IMG/VR virus record: IMGVR_UViG_2890725172_000001
Coordinates: 46,448-110,447 of that record
DNA from: a virus
Lineage: Duplodnaviria > Caudoviricetes
Direction: 5' to 3' (one strand)
Length of the DNA stretch: 64,000 bases
Part shown: positions 61,117-64,000 of the stretch, piece by piece
How the letters are laid out: the number at the start of each line of letters is the position of its first letter
Position numbering within the stretch: the stretch's first letter is position 1
Program-made: the position numbers and the translations under genes
The notes under the pieces: model-generated
What the model saw: the letters and a program-made list of their open reading frames with translations, nothing else
The model's database searches: none
What the model was told of the DNA's origin: nothing

Positions 61117-62676
61117 TCAATACCGGCGGCGATAGAACGGGTTATCCGAGAACTGAACAGTCGGAACCGCATAATCCAAAGTCAAAACGCACGCCATCGC
61201 CAAACTGTCGGCGAAGTCGTCATGCGCGTTGGGCTCCTTCGGAGCCTCAGCCATCAGGTACGGACCCGCAAACACCTTCTCCAGCGACGTCATCTGCTGG
61301 TGAAACCGGCGCCACAACTTGGTCTCCCGCGTCTTGGCGTGCGCAGGCCACGTGATCAGACCCCGGTCCATGAGGTTGGCCAGATGCTTCCACCTCTTGG
61401 ACTGGCTGGCACGGTCAGAACCGAGCTCCTCGATCTCCGTATGCGGCATCAGCACCCGCAACCGTGAGGCCACCACATCACCCAGGCCGCCCGCGTCGAT
61501 CCCGACCTTCATGATCTTGTAGTTCGCGCAGAAATCCGTGATCCGCTCGTACTGCCGCTCCCAGTCCTGGCCGGTCAAGTCGAGCCAGTTAAGGATCCGG
61601 TGCGGATAGATGCCGTTCTCATCCGGACGATCCCAGTCGACGTGGACCACCGTGACGATCGTCGAGTCCTGCTTGCGAGCCGGATCGATCCCGATCACGA
61701 CCGGCGTGCGATGCCAGGTGTGCTCGACCTTCATGCTCTTGTCGCCGAGGGACTCCAGGCGCTCCTCGGTCGTGAACATGCCCTGCTCAAGCAACCAGAT
61801 CAACCGGTACGACAGCTTGAACTCATCCGAGTCCTCGCCGATCCGGATCATCTCCTTGCTGACGTACTTCTTATAGGAGGGGTTGGCCTTCGCCGCCTCC
61901 CTCCAATCAGCCTGGAAGTGCAGCGGCTTCTTGCCTCGGCCGAGCTGCTCCCGCTTGTTGTCCTGAATCAGCTTGTAAAAGGCGCCCTTCTCATACGAGG
62001 GCGTGCCCGTCAGGACCAAGGTCGCGTTGGTCGAGGCACCCATCGGCGAGATCGACTTGAACAGCATCCGAGCGTCAACGCCCTGAGCCTCATCCATCAG
62101 GATCAGGTGATAGGTCCGGCCTTCGATGATCGCCCGAGGATGTGCGGTCTGCCGACGCACCAACGACCCGTTCGACAGAGACAGCGTCCGGCCCTTGCCC
62201 GCGATCCTAATGTTCAAGTCCGGGTCCGACATCAACGCGACCGCCTGCTCCGAAGTCAACCGCGACACGATCCGCGAGTAGAGGTTTTCCGCCTGGTCCT
62301 CGACAGGAGCGAACGCACCCACCCACAAGCCCTTGCGGAACTTGCCCAGCAGATCCGGGTACGCAATGGCCAGCGACGGGAAGAGAATCATCGCCGTCGC
62401 CACAGTGTTGGCGACCGTCTCACTTTTTCCACTCTGCCTGGAAAATAGCGCAGTCAGCGCCGCACCGTCCCCAGTAATAAGGGACTCAAAAATCCGCCGG
62501 GCAAAAGGCCGCTGGTACGGATAAAGCGGATTGCCGCTCAACTCGTCCGTGACGAGAAGCAACCTATCCAGCAAATCCTCGACGAACTCGCGCGACAGCT
62601 CATCCAGCTCATCGTCGAGACTCGCCCGCGCTTCCTTCTCGCCATCCGTCTCGTCATCCAGAAAATCGTCGGCCAC
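61117..62676 (-). CDS. terL: terminase large subunit
   Basis: SRQSGKSE Walker A, ILMDEAQ Walker B, TGTP, IGIDPA, HDDFADSLA. Confidence 0.95.
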   Translation of the reverse strand: MADDFLDDETDGEKEARASLDDELDELSREFVEDLLDRLLLVTDELSGNPLYPYQRPFARRIFESLITGDGAALTALFSRQSGKSETVANTVATAMILFPSLAIAYPDLLGKFRKGLWVGAFAPVEDQAENLYSRIVSRLTSEQAVALMSDPDLNIRIAGKGRTLSLSNGSLVRRQTAHPRAIIEGRTYHLILMDEAQGVDARMLFKSISPMGASTNATLVLTGTPSYEKGAFYKLIQDNKREQLGRGKKPLHFQADWREAAKANPSYKKYVSKEMIRIGEDSDEFKLSYRLIWLLEQGMFTTEERLESLGDKSMKVEHTWHRTPVVIGIDPARKQDSTIVTVVHVDWDRPDENGIYPHRILNWLDLTGQDWERQYERITDFCANYKIMKVGIDAGGLGDVVASRLRVLMPHTEIEELGSDRASQSKRWKHLANLMDRGLITWPAHAKTRETKLWRRFHQQMTSLEKVFAGPYLMAEAPKEPNAHDDFADSLAMACVLTLDYAVPTVQFSDNPFYRRRY

Positions 62677-62751
62677 AAATCATCCCTCATAAGAAAACCA
62701 TTCAATTCGAGGGTAGAAATCAACCGGCCATTTTTATGAATCCTGGAAACG

Positions 62752-62790
62752 CGAAAGCCCCCGAGCTGATTCAGCTCGGGGGCTTTCGTT
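62752..62790. terminator. intrinsic terminator
   Basis: CGAAAGCCCCCGAGCTGA-T-TCAGCTCGGGGGCTTTCG. Confidence 0.85.
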
Positions 62791-62797
62791 CCCCTAC

Positions 62798-63676
62798 CTA
62801 CTGGACGAAGAGCGCCGCTTCCTCATCCAACTTCTCCTCGGCCTCGTTCAGAGCGTTCCGCCACGCCTTCGGGGTAGAGACGATCCCGAACTTCTCCAGC
62901 ATCGCTGCGCCCGTGGGACGCGGCTTCCCCAGCTTCCGTGCCCGGCGGCAAGCCGCCATCGCGATCCTCAGCACCGCGCGGTAGCCGATGTTCTCGGCTT
63001 CGATGTCGAGGTTCTCCAGGGACACAGTGGCTTCCGCGTCGTCCGCCTCGACTTCCTCTTCCTCGCTCTCGTCTTCCTCTGCGTCCTCCGTGAGGTTCTC
63101 CGGCGTCTCGTCGTCTTCCCCGGGCTGGGGAAGGTCTTCCACGAGCGTCTTGGGGCCCTTATCGGTTTCTTCCTCGGGCTGTGTTAGTTCAATGGTCGGA
63201 GGGACGGGAACTTCCCCTACCTCTCGCGCCCGGCGCCGATTCTTGATGCGGGGGGAAATGGCGGCGGCGGCGAGGACAAGCATGTGCAGGAAGGCCGCCG
63301 CAACGAGGGAAGGTACGGGGGTGACGGCCTCGACGAGGAAGAGGTTCACTTCCAGCGTGTCGTGGTCGAGGGCGTGGTTGACGCCGCCCAGGACGATCGT
63401 GAGGATCAGGCCGAATCCGGCTCCCCAGGCCGCTGACCGGCGCAGCCACTTCAGGTGCTTGGGGATGAACATGAACAGCAGGGTGCTGACCATCTCGTAG
63501 AGCACGACCATGGCGGCGACGACGATGCTTCGCCACTCCAGGCCGAGGCGCTGGCCGAGCTCGATGATCTCGGGGCCGTTGACGGCGGCGGTACCGGCCA
63601 TGCCGGTGAGTGCGCCGAAGACCAGGCAGTAGAACACCCATCGGGGGAGTTCGGCCGTATCGTTGTGCGTGGACAT
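62798..63676 (-). CDS. four-TM membrane protein with acidic linker (Spd/DUF2637-like architecture)
   Basis: AGGAGG upstream; four hydrophobic helices, acidic tract, basic C-terminal helical domain. Confidence 0.6.
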   Translation of the reverse strand: MSTHNDTAELPRWVFYCLVFGALTGMAGTAAVNGPEIIELGQRLGLEWRSIVVAAMVVLYEMVSTLLFMFIPKHLKWLRRSAAWGAGFGLILTIVLGGVNHALDHDTLEVNLFLVEAVTPVPSLVAAAFLHMLVLAAAAISPRIKNRRRAREVGEVPVPPTIELTQPEEETDKGPKTLVEDLPQPGEDDETPENLTEDAEEDESEEEEVEADDAEATVSLENLDIEAENIGYRAVLRIAMAACRRARKLGKPRPTGAAMLEKFGIVSTPKAWRNALNEAEEKLDEEAALFVQ

Positions 63677-64000
63677 CTGGAGCCTTACCTCCTGGTGTCT
63701 GGAGAGCCCCGGAGCTGCCAAGCCATCCGGGGCTCTCGTGCGTTTGGGGACCCATTACAGGTGGCCTCACCTGCGGCTTTGCAGGAGGCCGATCCATTGG
63801 TTTCTCAGCCGATCCATCCATCCGAGACCCATTCGGGGATGGATCCCCATTGAGGATCCATCGGAAGGGGGTGGATGGGGCATGATTCGCCCGGATTGTC
63901 CGGGATCGGAAGGGAACCAGAAATCGGGCTCTGACCTGCAAGGACGCGTGGTTAGGGCTTCAACCTGCATGGATGAAACGCTTGCAACTATAAAGCGCCG

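Noticed and set aside
63767-63970. PCRSEPDFWFP resembling a WhiB N-terminus
   Set aside because: The remaining Cys residues and the GxWGG motif are absent, and the region is at the window edge; cannot be supported

Overview
The whole window is a GC-rich tailed actinobacteriophage genome segment of myovirus type (contractile tail), and almost all genes lie on the minus strand. Reading right to left: a membrane gene, large terminase, portal, scaffold, N4-gp56-type major capsid, neck proteins (one fused to a collagen fibre), sheath, tube, tail chaperone with a probable +1 frameshift, tape measure carrying NlpC/P60 and lytic-transglycosylase domains, baseplate and tail proteins, and holin-like genes. 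Next comes a replication block: lambda-O-like initiator with internal iterons, DnaC-like loader, DnaB, primase, SNF2 helicase, SSB, family-A polymerase, class II RNR and RecA. This is followed by an RNA-repair cluster (two ligases, a Pol-beta nucleotidyltransferase, PNK/phosphatase), WhiB, a Cas4-like nuclease, a ThyX fusion, dNMP kinase, RuvC, SpoVS, a CHAP endolysin and a Tad2/DUF2829 anti-defence protein. The left end holds an array of 14 tRNA/tRNA-like genes (a further tRNA-Pro sits near recA), a small plus-strand cassette and a nucleotidyltransferase/HAD pair. The strongest unexplained signal is a ~460-nt, almost fully base-paired non-coding element (55355-55815) inside the virion operon. 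Its G-U wobble polarity, promoter and terminator all point to an antisense, multi-domain structured RNA. All assignments come from motif recognition by eye; no database searches were run.
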